From NCBI GenBank assembly GCA_002269645.1, contig NIVC01001696.1, positions 62,001 through 126,000 on the forward strand: a DNA stretch of 64,000 nt, written 5' to 3'. A program made the translations under genes and the position numbers. The notes under the pieces were generated by a model that worked only from the letters and a program-made list of their open reading frames with translations, did no database searches and had not been told where the DNA came from. This stretch comes from Macrostomum lignano. Its lineage: Eukaryota. Positions 11,401 through 25,022 of the stretch are shown piece after piece (the first letter of the stretch is position 1; each line of letters opens with the position of its first letter).

Positions 11401-14400
11401 AGAGCGTCATGCTGAATCAACTGTCAGAGAGCGTCATGCTGAATCAAGTGTCAGAGAGCGTCATGCTGAATCAAGTGTCAGAGAGCGTCATGCTGAATCA
11501 AGTGTCAGGGAACGTCATGCTGAATCAAGTGTCAGAGAGCGTCATGCTGAATCAAGTGTCACAGAACGTCATGCTGAATCAAGTGTCAGAGAACGTCATG
11601 CTGAATCAAGTGTCAGAGAACGTCATGCTGAATCAACTGTCACAGAACGTCATGCTGAATCAACTGTCACAGAACGTCATGCTGAATCAAGTGTCAGAGA
11701 GCGTCATGCTGAATCAAGTGTCAGAGAACGTCATGCTGAATCAACTGTCACAGAACGTCATGCTGAATCAACTGTCACAGAACGTCATGCTGAATCAACT
11801 GTCAGAGAACGTCATGCTGAATCAAGTGTCAGGGAACGTCATGCTGAATCAAGTGTCAGAGAGCGTCATGCTGAATCAACTGTCAGAGAACGTCATGCTG
11901 AATCAACTGTCAGAGAGCGTCATGCTGAATCAACTGTCAGGGAACGTCATGCTGAATCAAGTGTCAGAGAACGTCATGCTGAATCAAGTGTCACAGAACG
12001 TCATGCTGAATCAAGTGTCAGAGAACTCATGCTGAATCAAGTGTCAGAGAGCGTCATGCTGAATCAACTGTCAGAGCGTCATGCTGAATCAACTGTCACA
12101 GAACGTCATGCTGAATCAACTGTCAGAGAGCGTCATGCTGAATCAAGTGTCAGAGAGCGTCATGCTGAATCAAGTGTCACAGAACGTCATGCTGAATCAA
12201 GTGTCAGGGAACGTCATGCTGAATCAACTGTCAGAGAGCGTCATGCTGAATCAACTGTCAGAGAGCGTCATGCTGAATCAACTGTCAGGAACGTCATGCT
12301 GAATCAACTGTCAGGGAACGTCATGCTGAATCAAGTGTCAGAGAGCGTCATGCTGAATCAAGTGTCAGAGAGCGTCATGCTGAATCAAGTGTCAGAGAGC
12401 GTCATGCTGAATCAAGTGTCAGAGAGCGTCATGCTGAATCAAGTGTCAGAGAGCGTCATGCTGAATCAAGTGTCAGAGAGCGTCATGCTGAATCAAGTGT
12501 CACAGAACGTCATGCTGAATCAAGTGTCAGGGAACGTCATGCTGAATCAAGTGTCAGAGAGCGTCATGCTGAATCAAGTGTCAGGGAACGTCATGCTGAA
12601 TCAAGTGTCAGAGAGCGTCATGCTGAATCAAGTGTCAGAGAGCGTCATGCTGAATCAAGTGTCACAGAACGTCATGCTGAATCAAGTGTCAGGGAACGTC
12701 ATGCTGAATCAAGTGTCAGAGAGCGTCATGCTGAATCAAGTGTCAGGGAACGTCATGCTGAATCAAGTGTCAGAGAGCGTCATGCTGAATCAACTGTCAG
12801 AGAACGTCATGCTGAATCAACTGTCACAGAACGTCATGCTGAATCAAGTGTCAGAGAACGTCATGCTGAATCAACTGTCAGGGAACGTCATGCTGAATCA
12901 AGTGTCAGAGAACGTCATGCTGAATCAAGTGTCAGAGAACGTCATGCTGAATCAACTGTCACAGAACGTCATGCTGAATCAACTGTCAGAGAACGTCATG
13001 CTGAATCAAGTGTCAGAGAACGTCATGCTGAATCAACTGTCAGGGAACGTCATGCTGAATCAAGTGTCAGAGAACGTCATGCTGAATCAAGTGTCACAGA
13101 ACGTCATGCTGAATCAACTGTCACAGAACGTCATGCTGAATCAACTGTCAGAGAGCGTCATGCTGAATCAAGTGTCAGAGAGCGTCATGCTGAATCAACT
13201 GTCAGGAACGTCATGCTGAATCAACTGTCACAGAACGTCATGCTGAATCAAGTGTCAGAGAACGTCATGCTGAATCAAGTGTCAGAGAACGTCATGCTGA
13301 ATCAACTGTCAGGGAACGTCATGCTGAATCAAGTGTCAGAGAACGTCATGCTGAATCAAGTGTCACAGAACGTCATGCTGAATCAACTGTCAGGGAACGT
13401 CATGCTGAATCAACTGTCAGAGAGCGTCATGCTGAATCAACTGTCAGAGAACGTCATGCTGAATCAACTGTCAGAGAGCGTCATGCTGAATCAACTGTCA
13501 GAGAACGTCATGCTGAATCAAGTGTCAGAGAGCGTCATGCTGAATCAACTGTCACAGAACGTCATGCTGAATCAACTGTCAGAGAACGTCATGCTGAATC
13601 AAGTGTCAGAGAGCGTCATGCTGAATCAAGTGTCAGAGAGCGTCATGCTGAATCAAGTGTCAGAGAGCGTCATGCTGAATCAAGTGTCAGAGAACGTCAT
13701 GCTGAATCAACTGTCACAGAACGTCATGCTGAATCAAGTGTCAGGAGCGTCATGCTGAATCAAGTGTCAGAGAACGTCATGCTGAATCAACTGTCACAGA
13801 ACGTCATGCTGAATCAAGTGTCAGGGAGCGTCATGCTGAATCAAGTGTCAGAGAGCGTCATGCTGAATCAACTGTCACAGAACGTCATGCTGAATCAAGT
13901 GTCAGAGAACGTCATGCTGAATCAACTGTCAGGGAACGTCATGCTGAATCAAGTGTCAGAGAACGTCATGCTGAATCAAGTGTCAGAGAACGTCATGCTG
14001 AATCAACTGTCACAGAACGTCATGCTGAATCAACTGTCAGAGAACGTCATGCTGAATCAAGTGTCAGAGAACGTCATGCTGAATCAACTGTCAGGGAACG
14101 TCATGCTGAATCAAGTGTCAGAGAACGTCATGCTGAATCAAGTGTCAGAGAACGTCATGCTGAATCAACTGTCACAGAACGTCATGCTGAATCAACTGTC
14201 AGAGAGCGTCATGCTGAATCAAGTGTCAGAGAGCGTCATGCTGAATCAACTGTCAGGGAACGTCATGCTGAATCAACTGTCACAGAACGTCATGCTGAAT
14301 CAACTGTCAGAGAACGTCATGCTGAATCAAGTGTCAGAGAACGTCATGCTGAATCAACTGTCAGGGAACGTCATGCTGAATCAAGTGTCAGAGAACGTCA

Positions 14401-16712
14401 TGCTGAATCAACTGTCACAGAACGTCATGCTGAATCAACTGTCAGGGAACGTCATGCTGAATCAACTGTCAGAGAGCGTCATGCTGAATCAACTGTCAGA
14501 GAACGTCATGCTGAATCAACTGTCAGAGAGCGTCATGCTGAATCAACTGTCAGAGAACGTCATGCTGAATCAACTGTCAGAGAGCGTCATGCTGAATCAA
14601 CTGTCACAGAACGTCATGCTGAATCAACTGTCAGAGAACGTCATGCTGAATCAAGTGTCAGAGAGCGTCATGCTGAATCAAGTGTCAGAGAGCGTCATGC
14701 TGAATCAAGTGTCAGAGAGCGTCATGCTGAATCAAGTGTCAGAGAACGTCATGCTGAATCAAGTGTCACAGAACGTCATGCTGAATCAAGTGTCAGGGAG
14801 CGTCATGCTGAATCAAGTGTCAGAGAACGTCATGCTGAATCAACTGTCACAGAACGTCATGCTGAATCAAGTGTCAGGGAGCGTCATGCTGAATCAAGTG
14901 TCAGAGAGCGTCATGCTGAATCAACTGTCACAGAACGTCATGCTGAATCAAGTGTCAGAGAGCGTCATGCTGAATCAAGTGTCAGGGAGCGTCATGCTGA
15001 ATCAAGTGTCAGAGAACGTCATGCTGAATCAACTGTCAGAGAGCGTCATGCTGAATCAAGTGTCAGAGAGCGTCATGCTGAATCAAGTGTCAGAGAGCGT
15101 CATGCTGAATCAAGTGTCAGGGAACGTCATGCTGAATCAAGTGTCAGAGAACGTCATGCTGAATCAAGTGTCACAGAACGTCATGCTGAATCAACTGTCA
15201 GGGAACGTCATGCTGAATCAAGTGTCAGAGAGCGTCATGCTGAATCAACTGTTAGAGAACGTCATGCTGAATCAAGTGTCAGAGAGCGTCATGCTGAATC
15301 AACTGTCACAGAACGTCATGCTGAATCAACTGTCAGAGAACGTCATGCTGAATCAAGTGTCAGAGAGCGTCATGCTGAATCAAGTGTCAGAGAACGTCAT
15401 GCTGAATCAAGTGTCAGAGAGCGTCATGCTGAATCAAGTGTCAGGAGCGTCATGCTGAATCAAGTGTCAGAGAACGTCATGCTGAATCAACTGTCAGAGA
15501 GCGTCATGCTGAATCAAGTGTCAGAGAGCGTCATGCTGAATCAAGTGTCAGAGAGCGTCATGCTGAATCAACTGTCACAGAACGTCATGCTGAATCAAGT
15601 GTCAGAGAACGTCATGCTGAATCAAGTGTCACAGAACGTCATGCTGAATCAACTGTCACAGAACGTCATGCTGAATCAACTGTCACAGAACGTCATGCTG
15701 AATCAACTGTCAGAGAACGTCATGCTGAATCAAGTGTCAGGGAACGTCATGCTGAATCAAGTGTCAGAGAGCGTCATGCTGAATCAACTGTCAGAGAACG
15801 TCATGCTGAATCAAGTGTCAGGGAACGTCATGCTGAATCAACTGTCAGGGAACGTCATGCTGAATCAAGTGTCAGAGAGCGTCATGCTGAATCAAGTGTC
15901 ACAGAACGTCATGCTGAATCAAGTGTCAGAGAACGTCATGCTGAATCAAGTGTCAGAGAGCGTCATGCTGAATCAACTGTCACAGAGCGTCATGCTGAAT
16001 CAACTGTCACAGAACGTCATGCTGAATCAAGTGTCAGAGAGCGTCATGCTGAATCAAGTGTCAGAGAGCGTCATGCTGAATCAAGTGTCACAGAACGTCA
16101 TGCTGAATCAAGTGTCAGGGAACGTCATGCTGAATCAACTGTCAGAGAGCGTCATGCTGAATCAACTGTCAGAGAGCGTCATGCTGAATCAACTGTCAGG
16201 GAACGTCATGCTGAATCAACTGTCAGGGAACGTCATGCTGAATCAAGTGTCAGAGAGCGTCATGCTGAATCAAGTGTCAGAGAGCGTCATGCTGAATCAA
16301 GTGTCAGAGAGCGTCATGCTGAATCAAGTGTCAGAGAGCGTCATGCTGAATCAAGTGTCAGAGAGCGTCATGCTGAATCAAGTGTCAGAGAGCGTCATGC
16401 TGAATCAAGTGTCAGAGAGCGTCATGCTGAATCAAGTGTCAGGGAACGTCATGCCGAATCAAGTGTCAGAGAGCGTCATGCTGAATCAAGTGTCAGGGAA
16501 CGTCATGCTGAATCAAGTGTCAGAGAGCGTCATGCTGAATCAAGTGTCAGAGAGCGTCATGCTGAATCAAGTGTCACAGAACGTCATGCTGAATCAAGTG
16601 TCAGAGAACGTCATGCTGAATCAAGTGTCAGAGAACGTCATGCTGAATCAAGTGTCACAGAACGTCATGCTGAATCAACTGTCAGGGAACGTCATGCTGA
16701 ATCAACTGTCAG
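8419..16712. repeat. 27-bp tandem satellite, right arm (about 305 units)
   Basis: Same unit and variants as the left arm. Occasional 26-bp units and rare point variants (for example TAA-creating changes near 9555 and 11181). Confidence 0.98.
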
Positions 16713-16749
16713 CTGATGACAGAATAAAATCGGTAATCTCCTGACTCAC

Positions 16750-17143
16750 CGTTCTCTCCGCACCAGTCCACCTGGGCTCCGCTATTGATGAGCATCTCAC
16801 AGGACTCGGCCTTGCCAGCGAGAGCCGCCTGCATCAGGGGGCTGAAGCCTTTGTCATCTGGCGCGTTGGGATTGGCCTCGCCTGTGTCTAACACGCGCTG
16901 AAGCTCCTGCAGTTTCTCCAGTCGAACCAGACGATGCAGATCCTCGCCGGTGTACAGTCTGCGAGCGGTTTTGACCGACTGCGGGTTGGAGAACTCGCCC
17001 CAGCCGGGGTCGACGCCGAAACGGAAGCGCAGGCTGTAGGACTGGCTGTCTGACAGGCCAGTCACTGTGCACTTCGTGTCGTAGCCTTTGTAGGCCACGT
17101 CCCAGCTGTCTGGCTGCGCCTGGTCGGAGCGCTGCACCTGCAC
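16750..17143 (-). CDS. FANK1: FANK1-like exon 2 (end of FN3 domain plus first ankyrin repeats)
   Basis: YKGYDTKCTVTGLSDSQSYSLRFR...SVKTARRLYTGEDLHRLV...GFSPLMQAALAG...LINSGAQVD resembles FANK1 from memory. Acceptor cccag|GTG at 17144 and donor G|GTGAGT at 16749 (phase 1). Confidence 0.88.
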
Positions 17144-17174
17144 CTGGGATCGAGTGTGTGGGTAGGGTAATGCA

Positions 17175-17945
17175 GGTCTCCTCTCCCTTCATCTCCTCTC
17201 TCCCTTCATCTCCTCTCTCCCTTCATCTCCTCTCTCCCTTCCTCTCCTCTCTCCCTTCATCTCCTCTCTCCCTTCCTCTCCTCTCTCCCTTCATCTCCTC
17301 TCTCCCCTCCTCTCCTCTCTCCCTTCCCTATCCCTACATCTCCTCTTTCCCTATCCCTACATCTCCTCTTTCACTATCCCTACATCTCCTCTTTCCCTAT
17401 CCCTATATCTCCTCTTTCAATATGCCTACATCTCCTCTTTTCCTATCCCTGTATCTCCTCTTTCACTATCATTATATCTCCTATTTTCCTATCCCTACAT
17501 CTCCTCTCCCTACATCTCCTCTCCCTACATCTCCTCTCCCTACATCTCCTTTCACCCATCATCTCCTCTCTCCCTTCATCTCCTCTCTCCCTTCATCTCC
17601 TCTCTCCCTTCATCTCATCTCCTCATCATTTTTCCTAGATCTACTTTCTCTACATCTCTTCCTAAATTTCTCCCCTTACATTTACTCTCTCTCCCTACAT
17701 TTCCTCTTTCCCTATCCCTACATCACCTCTCCTGACATCTTCTCTAGGCCTACATCTCCTTTCTCCTTACCTCTCTTCTCTCTAAATCTCATCTATTCCT
17801 ACATCTCCTCTCCCTACTCTCATTTATGCCTACATCTCTCTCTACATTTTTATCGCTACACCTCCTCTCGTCCTAAATCTCTTCTCTTCTTACATCTACT
17901 TTCTCTCATCTCACCCTGCATCTCTGTCTGTAAATCTCATCTCTC
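17175..17945. repeat. CT-rich low-complexity repeat filling FANK1 intron 1
   Basis: Degenerate CATCTCCTCTCTCCCTT / CCTACATCTCCTCT units. Confidence 0.9.
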
Positions 17946-17962
17946 AACTCTATAAAACAGAC

Positions 17963-18097
17963 CTCAGACTTGAGCTTGCCATCCTGTGCGCTGAGGACTC
18001 CAGTCAGCTTCGCGTGCAGCGACTCCCAGCTGAGCTCCAGAGACTGATGAGTCACTGCCGTGATCTTGAGAGCTGGCGGCTTCGGTGGAATTGGCAT
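17963..18097 (-). CDS. FANK1: FANK1-like exon 1 (FN3 N-terminus, 45 codons)
   Basis: MPIPPKPPALKITAVTHQSLELSW resembles the FANK1 start ([22 protein letters not shown], from memory). Donor GAG|GT at 17962 is phase 0 and in frame with exon 2. Confidence 0.85.
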
Positions 18098-18551
18098 TCT
18101 GGCTTAAGATATTTAATATGGCTAAAATGCACCCCACAGTCTCCGACAAAGTTGTACTGTTGAGTCGAGTTTAAATAGCCTGTCTGCTTTTCTATTAGAA
18201 AAGTTGTAGGTCAACGTGCAGATAAGAGTAAAAAGGCTGCTTTTAAAAAATACTGTTTGCAGTACTTTCTGCCGGCTCTGTTTGCCGTTAGGTTTCTATG
18301 AAAGCAGGCAAAATGCACGGAGCTTGGAGTCAATTTAGAAGCCGGAGATTTTGCCTTATCTATGCATACAGCTGTGTGTATTCCGGTGGGGACCAATGGG
18401 AGCTCTGTAATAGTAATGAAAAGTGACTATGAAGGACTGAGATTTCACTGTCTACTGAGTCTTAATATTTTGATTGACAAATTTTGCTATTTATGGAAGA
18501 GTATAATAGTATAATGCAGCTGAGTGGATTGCTAATTTGCATAATTGCTTG

Positions 18552-19527
<976 letters not shown>

Positions 19528-20204
19528 GTGAGTCATTATCCACTATTTCGCCACAGTGCATTTAACCCAGCGCAGCTCAGTTAGAATTCTTAATAATGGC
19601 TGAAATCAGCTTATCGACGTATCCTCTCTCCTTGTTGGTAGTGCAGAATCAAATAGGAAAATTTCAACTGACAAGTCCTGTACGCGCAAATGCAAAAATG
19701 AATGCAATGCTCTCTTCCGGGTAAAAGCAGCCTGAGCTCCCCTTTGAAGTTCAGTGCTCTGAGCACAAATTCTCATCTGGCCCCAGCTGCTCAGGGACAC
19801 ACGGCATAGCGCAGGTTTTAACTGAAGAACCGGGGGGCAAACTTCCTGAACAATCTTTTGAAGGAAGTTTGTGGTGGGCTGCGCCGTGCTCTGCATTCAA
19901 GCATGGGGTGGATGCTGGGAGTGCGACACAATGATGAAGGTTTGGATTGGGGTTCTTCTCAGGTTGCACCTAGCTAATGCATTTCCTAAGCCTCAGGTAT
20001 GCGATTGCATTGTCCGGGATCAACTTTTTTAGAATCCTTGGATTCAACTTTGAGGGAGAGCCTTCATCCACTCTGTGTTTTTTTTACTCACGTGGCCTCA
20101 TCAAATTCTGCGATTTGCTATACTCACCATCTGTGCCTCTCCGCCTTCTTCTATAGCTGTCTCCATCTCATGTGTTCTTCCCAATTCGATGCTCTCTCAC
20201 CTTG

Positions 20205-20595
20205 TCGATATCCCTCCTCTCTCTCTCTCTCTGCCTCCCTCTCCATCTCCCCCTCACCCCTCCCTCTCCATCTGCCTCTCCTCTTTCCACTTCTCCATCT
20301 ACCCCTCCTTTCTCACTCTCTCCCTCTCCTCCTCTCTCCTTTTTCCTCTCCTCCCTCTCCCTCTTCCTCTCTCCCTCTCCATCTACCCCCTCTCCCTCTC
20401 CCTCTCCCCCTCTCTCTCCCTCTCCTCTTCCTCTCTCCCCCTTCCTCTCTCCCTCTCCATTTACATCATCTTCCTCTCCATCTCCCTCTCCCTCTTCCTC
20501 TCTCCCTCTCCATCTACCCCCTCTCCCTCTCAGTCTCCTCCTTCTCCCACTCTCACCCTCCCTATCCCTCTCTGTCCCCATCTCCCTCCCCCTCT
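20205..20595. repeat. CT-rich simple repeat (CTCTCC / CATCTCC)
   Basis: Seen directly. Confidence 0.92.
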
Positions 20596-20812
20596 GTATT
20601 ACAACTAGGTATAAAAACCAGCACATTAACATTTAGATTAGGTAAAACCCTGTTAGAAATCTCTAATTGTTGCCCGAGTTAATACTGTCGTCTCGACCAG
20701 TTTGCCTATTGTAAAGATCTAAAATTTTCTTTATATTGAATGGCATCGGTAGAAGCGGTAGAATTAAAGTCGCAACGCAACTGCAGCTCATCCTATTGAA
20801 TTGTGATTCTTT

Positions 20813-20826
20813 GTCACCATGGAAAC
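20813..20826. promoter_or_regulatory. Candidate RFX X-box GTCACCATGGAAAC
   Basis: Exact fit to the GTHNYYATRRNAAC consensus. Lies 2.7 kb upstream of the FANK1 ATG in a unique island between CT arrays. Confidence 0.4.
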
Positions 20827-21294
20827 CGCGAGGCAGCACAACAGTAACTAGCATAGCGGATGAAATATTTTCTATAGAAAAGCGCCGAGAAGCGTACAGC
20901 TTTATTGCTATTGAAAGCTGAGCTCTGCAGACTGAAGAAGATGATAGAAGATGAGAATCTGCAGTCACAGCACAGCCATTGATCATTGATAATGAATTTG
21001 AGCTTAAAATCATCCCGCAGTTCCATTGTGTCAGAATTTCTATTTAAAATTAAGTAAACGATAATATACGCTTAATTTCCATGCATATGCGCTTAACAGC
21101 CTACTGGAATCCACGCTTTCAGTAGAGTAGTTTGCAAATAACCGTCGTTATATTTAATAGCCTTTCACATCCTAAAAAGTTTTATATTGACCTTGCTATA
21201 ACGATACTCATAAAAAGAAATGAGATGGCATGTGTACGCGAAGCCCTTTCTGCTTGTAAACGCTTAGAAATTGTTTAAACTTGTCCTTGGACAT

Positions 21295-23250
21295 TACCTC
21301 TATCTACCTCTCCATCTCCCTCTCCATCTTCCTCTCCCTCTCCCTCTCCCTCTCCCTCTCCCTCTTCATCTCCCTCTCCCTCTTCCTCTCCATCTCCCTC
21401 TCCCTCTTCCTCTCCCTCTCCATCTCCCTCTCCATCTCCCTCTCCATCTCTCTCTCCATCTCCCTCTCCATCTCCATCTCCCTCTCCTCTCTTCCTCTCC
21501 CTCTCCATCTCCCTCTCCATCTCCCTCTCCCTCTTCCTCTCCCTCCCCATCTCCCTCTCCATCTCCTCTCCCTCTTCCTCTCCCTCTCCATCTCCCTCTC
21601 CCTCTTCCTCTCCTCTCCATCTCCCTCTCCCTCTTCCTCTCCCTCTCCATCTCCCTCTCCATCTCCCTCTCCATCTCCATCTCCCTCTCCCTCTTCCTCT
21701 CCCTCTCCCTCTCCATCTCCATCTCCCTCTCCATCTCCCTCTCCCTCTTCCTCTCCTCTCCATCTCCCTCTCCATCTCCCTCTCCCTCTTCCTCTCCCTC
21801 TCCCTCTTCCTCTTCGTCTCTCTCTCTATCTCCCTTTCCCGCTCTGTCTCCATCTCCCTCTCCATCTCCCTCTCCATCTCCCTCTCCATCTCCCTCTCCA
21901 TCTCCATCTCCCTCTCCATCTCCCTCTCCCTCTTCCTCTCCCTCTCCATCTCCCTCTCCATCTCCCTCTCCCTCTTCCTCTCCCTCCCCATCTCCCTCTC
22001 CATCTCCCTCTCCCTCTTCCTCTCCCTCTCCATCTCCCTCTCCCTCTTCCTCTCCCTCTCCATCTCCCTCTCCCTCTTCCTCTCCCTCTCCATCTCCCTC
22101 TCCATCTCCCTCTCCATCTCCATCTCCCTCTCCCTCTTCCTCTCCCTCTCCCTCTCCATCTCCATCTCCCTCTCCATCTCCCTCTCCCTCTTCCTCTCCC
22201 TCTCCATCTCCCTCTCCATCTCCCTCTCCCTCTTCCTCTCCCTCTCCCTCTTCCTCTTCGTCTCTCTCTCTATCTCCCTTTCCCGCTCTGTCTCCATCTC
22301 CCTCTCCATCTCCCTCTCCATCTCCCTCTCCATCTCCCTCTCCATCTCCATCTCCCTCTCCCTCCCCATCTCCCTCCCCATCTCCCTCTCCATCTCCCTC
22401 TCCCTCTTCCTCTCCCTCCCCATCTCCCTCTCCATTTCCCTCTCTATCTCCCTCTCCCTCTTCCTCTCCCTCTCCATCTCCCTCTCCCTCTTCTCTCCCT
22501 CTCCATCTCCCTCTCCATCTCCCTCTCCCTCTTCCTCTCCCTCTCCCTCTCCCTCTTCGTCTCTCTCTCCATCTCCCTCTCCTCTCCATCTCCCTCTCCC
22601 TCTTCCTCTCCCTCTCCATCTCCCTCTCCATCTCCCTCTCCATCTCCCTCTCCCTCTTCCTCTCCCTCTCCATCTCCCTCTCCCTCTTCCTCTCCCTCTC
22701 CCTCTTCCTCTTCGTCTCTCTCTCCATCTCCCTCTCCATCTCCCTCTTCCTCTCCCTCTCCATCTCTCTCTCCATCTCCCTCTCCATCTCCCTCTCCCTC
22801 TTCCTCTCCTCTCCCTCTTCCTCTTCGTCTCTCTCTCTATCTCCCTTTCCCTCTCTGTCTCCTTCTCCCTCTCCATCTCCCTCTCCCTCTTCATCTCCTT
22901 CTCCCTCTTCCTCTCCCTCTCCCTCTTCCTCTCCTCTCCCTCTTCCTCTCCCTCTCCATCTCCATCTTCCTCTCCCTCTTCCTCTCCTCTCCCTCTTCCT
23001 CTCCCTCTCCATCTCCCTCTCCATCTCCCTCTCCCTCTCCATCTCCCTCTCCATCTCCCTCCCCCTCTCCATCTCCCTCTCCCTCTTCCTCTCCCTCTCC
23101 CTCTTCCTCTTCGTCTCTCTCTCCCTCTTCCTCTTCGTCTCTCTCTCTATCTCCCTTTCCCTCTCTGTCTCCTTCTCCCTCTCCCTCTTCATTTCTTCAT
23201 TTCTTCTACATCCCGCTCTCCCACCCTTTTTCTTTCCTTTCTCTTTATCT
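21295..23250. repeat. About 2-kb CT-rich minisatellite (CTCTCCATCTCC / CTCTTCCTCTCC) with internal higher-order copies
   Basis: Seen directly. The spacer CTTCGTCTCTCTCTATCTCCCTTTCC recurs several times. Confidence 0.96.
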
Positions 23251-24334
23251 CTATTTTAAAATACTCGTATAATATAATAATTTCAACGCTTACATCAAGG
23301 AGCAATAGTTTAGACTTATATAAAATTATTTTAATTTAAAAGACTGCTAGAGTATTCTAAATAATAATCATTCCTTCCTTCAATTTTTTCTCCACAATAA
23401 AGAAAGTTGCGCAGGTAATTTGGAAAAAAGTTAATTTTCACAAACTTTACTGGATTAAAACAAAGTATACATAAGGTTAGTTATAGTATAATCGCATGGT
23501 ATTAGGGCATAAAACGATGAGACTATGTGGTTCTGTGATGCCATGCTCATGTACCTCCAGTCCAGTTCAGGTCTCCAGATGTCCCCTGTTCGTCCCTGAC
23601 GATCAAGCCGAAGTCTCTGCTTGCTGCTGCATTCCGTGCTGTCCCGCCCGTATTTGCCTTCAGTCAACACTGCAAGGTAGACAGAGCCTGTCTATTTTAG
23701 CTTCCAGAGAGATTTTGCCTACTCAAATATGGTTGCGCTGTTTTGCTTAGCTTTCGTTACCTCTCCCTGCATGGATTGCTCATGATTGTTTATATGGTAA
23801 ATTCGTTTGCTGCACATAAACCTCTGGCCAAGCAGCAGCTTACTACACACTTTCATATTTTAGCTATGGAAAACTACGGAAAGTCTGTTAATAACTCCAA
23901 ACATTTTATTATAGGTACATAATTTTGCGATGAACACTCGCAAAAGGTCAAATTATAGATCAGCTTGTCAGTTAACCTCTAATTGCACTACTAATAGGAC
24001 AGCATCCCGACTGGCATCAGCTTCATAAATAGACTTCTTGTTTACGAGAGACGGCCTTCAAAAATATCCATGATTCACGTGTCACGTCCATCAGCTGTGT
24101 TTGTTGATTCACGCTCCCCCACCACAAGTGCAGAACACACAGGCTCTTTCTCTGCCTGTCTCGATACAATAAACTACCTATTATTGTTGCAGGTGAGAGC
24201 CATGGGGGACTGATATGACGTGGGAACTTTTCCGTCCTTCTCCCCCCCCCCAGAGCTGCTGTGCTAAACGTTGTTTACACAGACAGGATGGGCGGTGGGA
24301 CTGGGGGGATGTGGACGAGAAGGTGAGCTGCTGA

Positions 24335-24349
24335 GTTGCTAAGGGTTAC
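24335..24349. promoter_or_regulatory. Candidate X-box GTTGCTAAGGGTTAC (reverse complement GTAACC-CTT-AGCAAC)
   Basis: Fits GTNRCC-N0-3-RGYAAC. Lies about 400 bp upstream of the 4-TM gene ATG. Confidence 0.25.
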
Positions 24350-24754
24350 GGTTAGTTCCCGTGCGTACATCCAGCAAAAGCAGCCATTTTATTCTGCTTT
24401 TGAAAGAGAGAAAAACTCTTTGAAATCCCTTCCCCCATTGTGAGTTGAGCTGAACTTTTAGGTGGGGCCAGTTCTCGGGTGGTCCGCAGTTAAACAGAGT
24501 TTTATTTCAGGAAATTTTTATTCTCTCGCTGCCCTACAATTGGCTGAAGGCTCTTGCTGTGACGAAGGACTGCTTGGTTGTCAGGGTAGAAAAATTGGAG
24601 CGTTATATAAGCACGTTTGAAATAATGCCGGTAGATCGGTAGTTTCGAAACACTCAACGGTAAGCTAGTCGGAGTTGCAACAGAAGACGCATACGGGAAT
24701 TGGAACACCTGCTATATACTTTTTTCATTGGCAAACGAGAGCAATCTAGCCATA

Positions 24755-25022
24755 ATGGCTTTTAACGGTGGATCCGTGTGGATGAAGTGCACCTGGGCGC
24801 TAATTACCATCGGCTTTGTTGTATGGCTAGCGGCCTCGGAAGTCAGGAGCGCGACGACTTTGGGCTCAGATTCAACCGAAAAGGCGCTTCAAGCGTTTCT
24901 TATAATCGGCATTGTCACCTATTTTGCCGGCGTGTTGCTCACGTTTCTCTACTTGTTTGTTGACGAGACTGCCGGAAATAAAATTGTGCTAATCGTTGAT
25001 TTGGTTGTTGTTTTTATTGCTG
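24755..25022 (+). CDS. Small four-transmembrane protein, exon 1
   Basis: MAFNGGSVWMKCTWALITIGFVVWLAAS... with three hydrophobic segments. Donor G|GTGAGT at 25023 (phase 1). TATA-like TATATA at about 24713. Confidence 0.75.

Noticed and set aside
1-16712. CRISPR array
   Set aside because: Repeats are head-to-tail with no unique spacers; the context is eukaryotic and has no cas genes.
3-16744. Very long ORFs (VMLNQVSEN)n and (RHAESSVRE)n in the satellite as protein genes
   Set aside because: The 27-bp unit is a multiple of 3 and happens to lack stops in two + frames. Variants are mostly non-synonymous, frame-breaking 26-bp units recur, and the array lies antisense within an intron.
19606-19969. 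Short minus-strand ORFs upstream of FANK1
   Set aside because: No recognisable domain or consistent splice structure.
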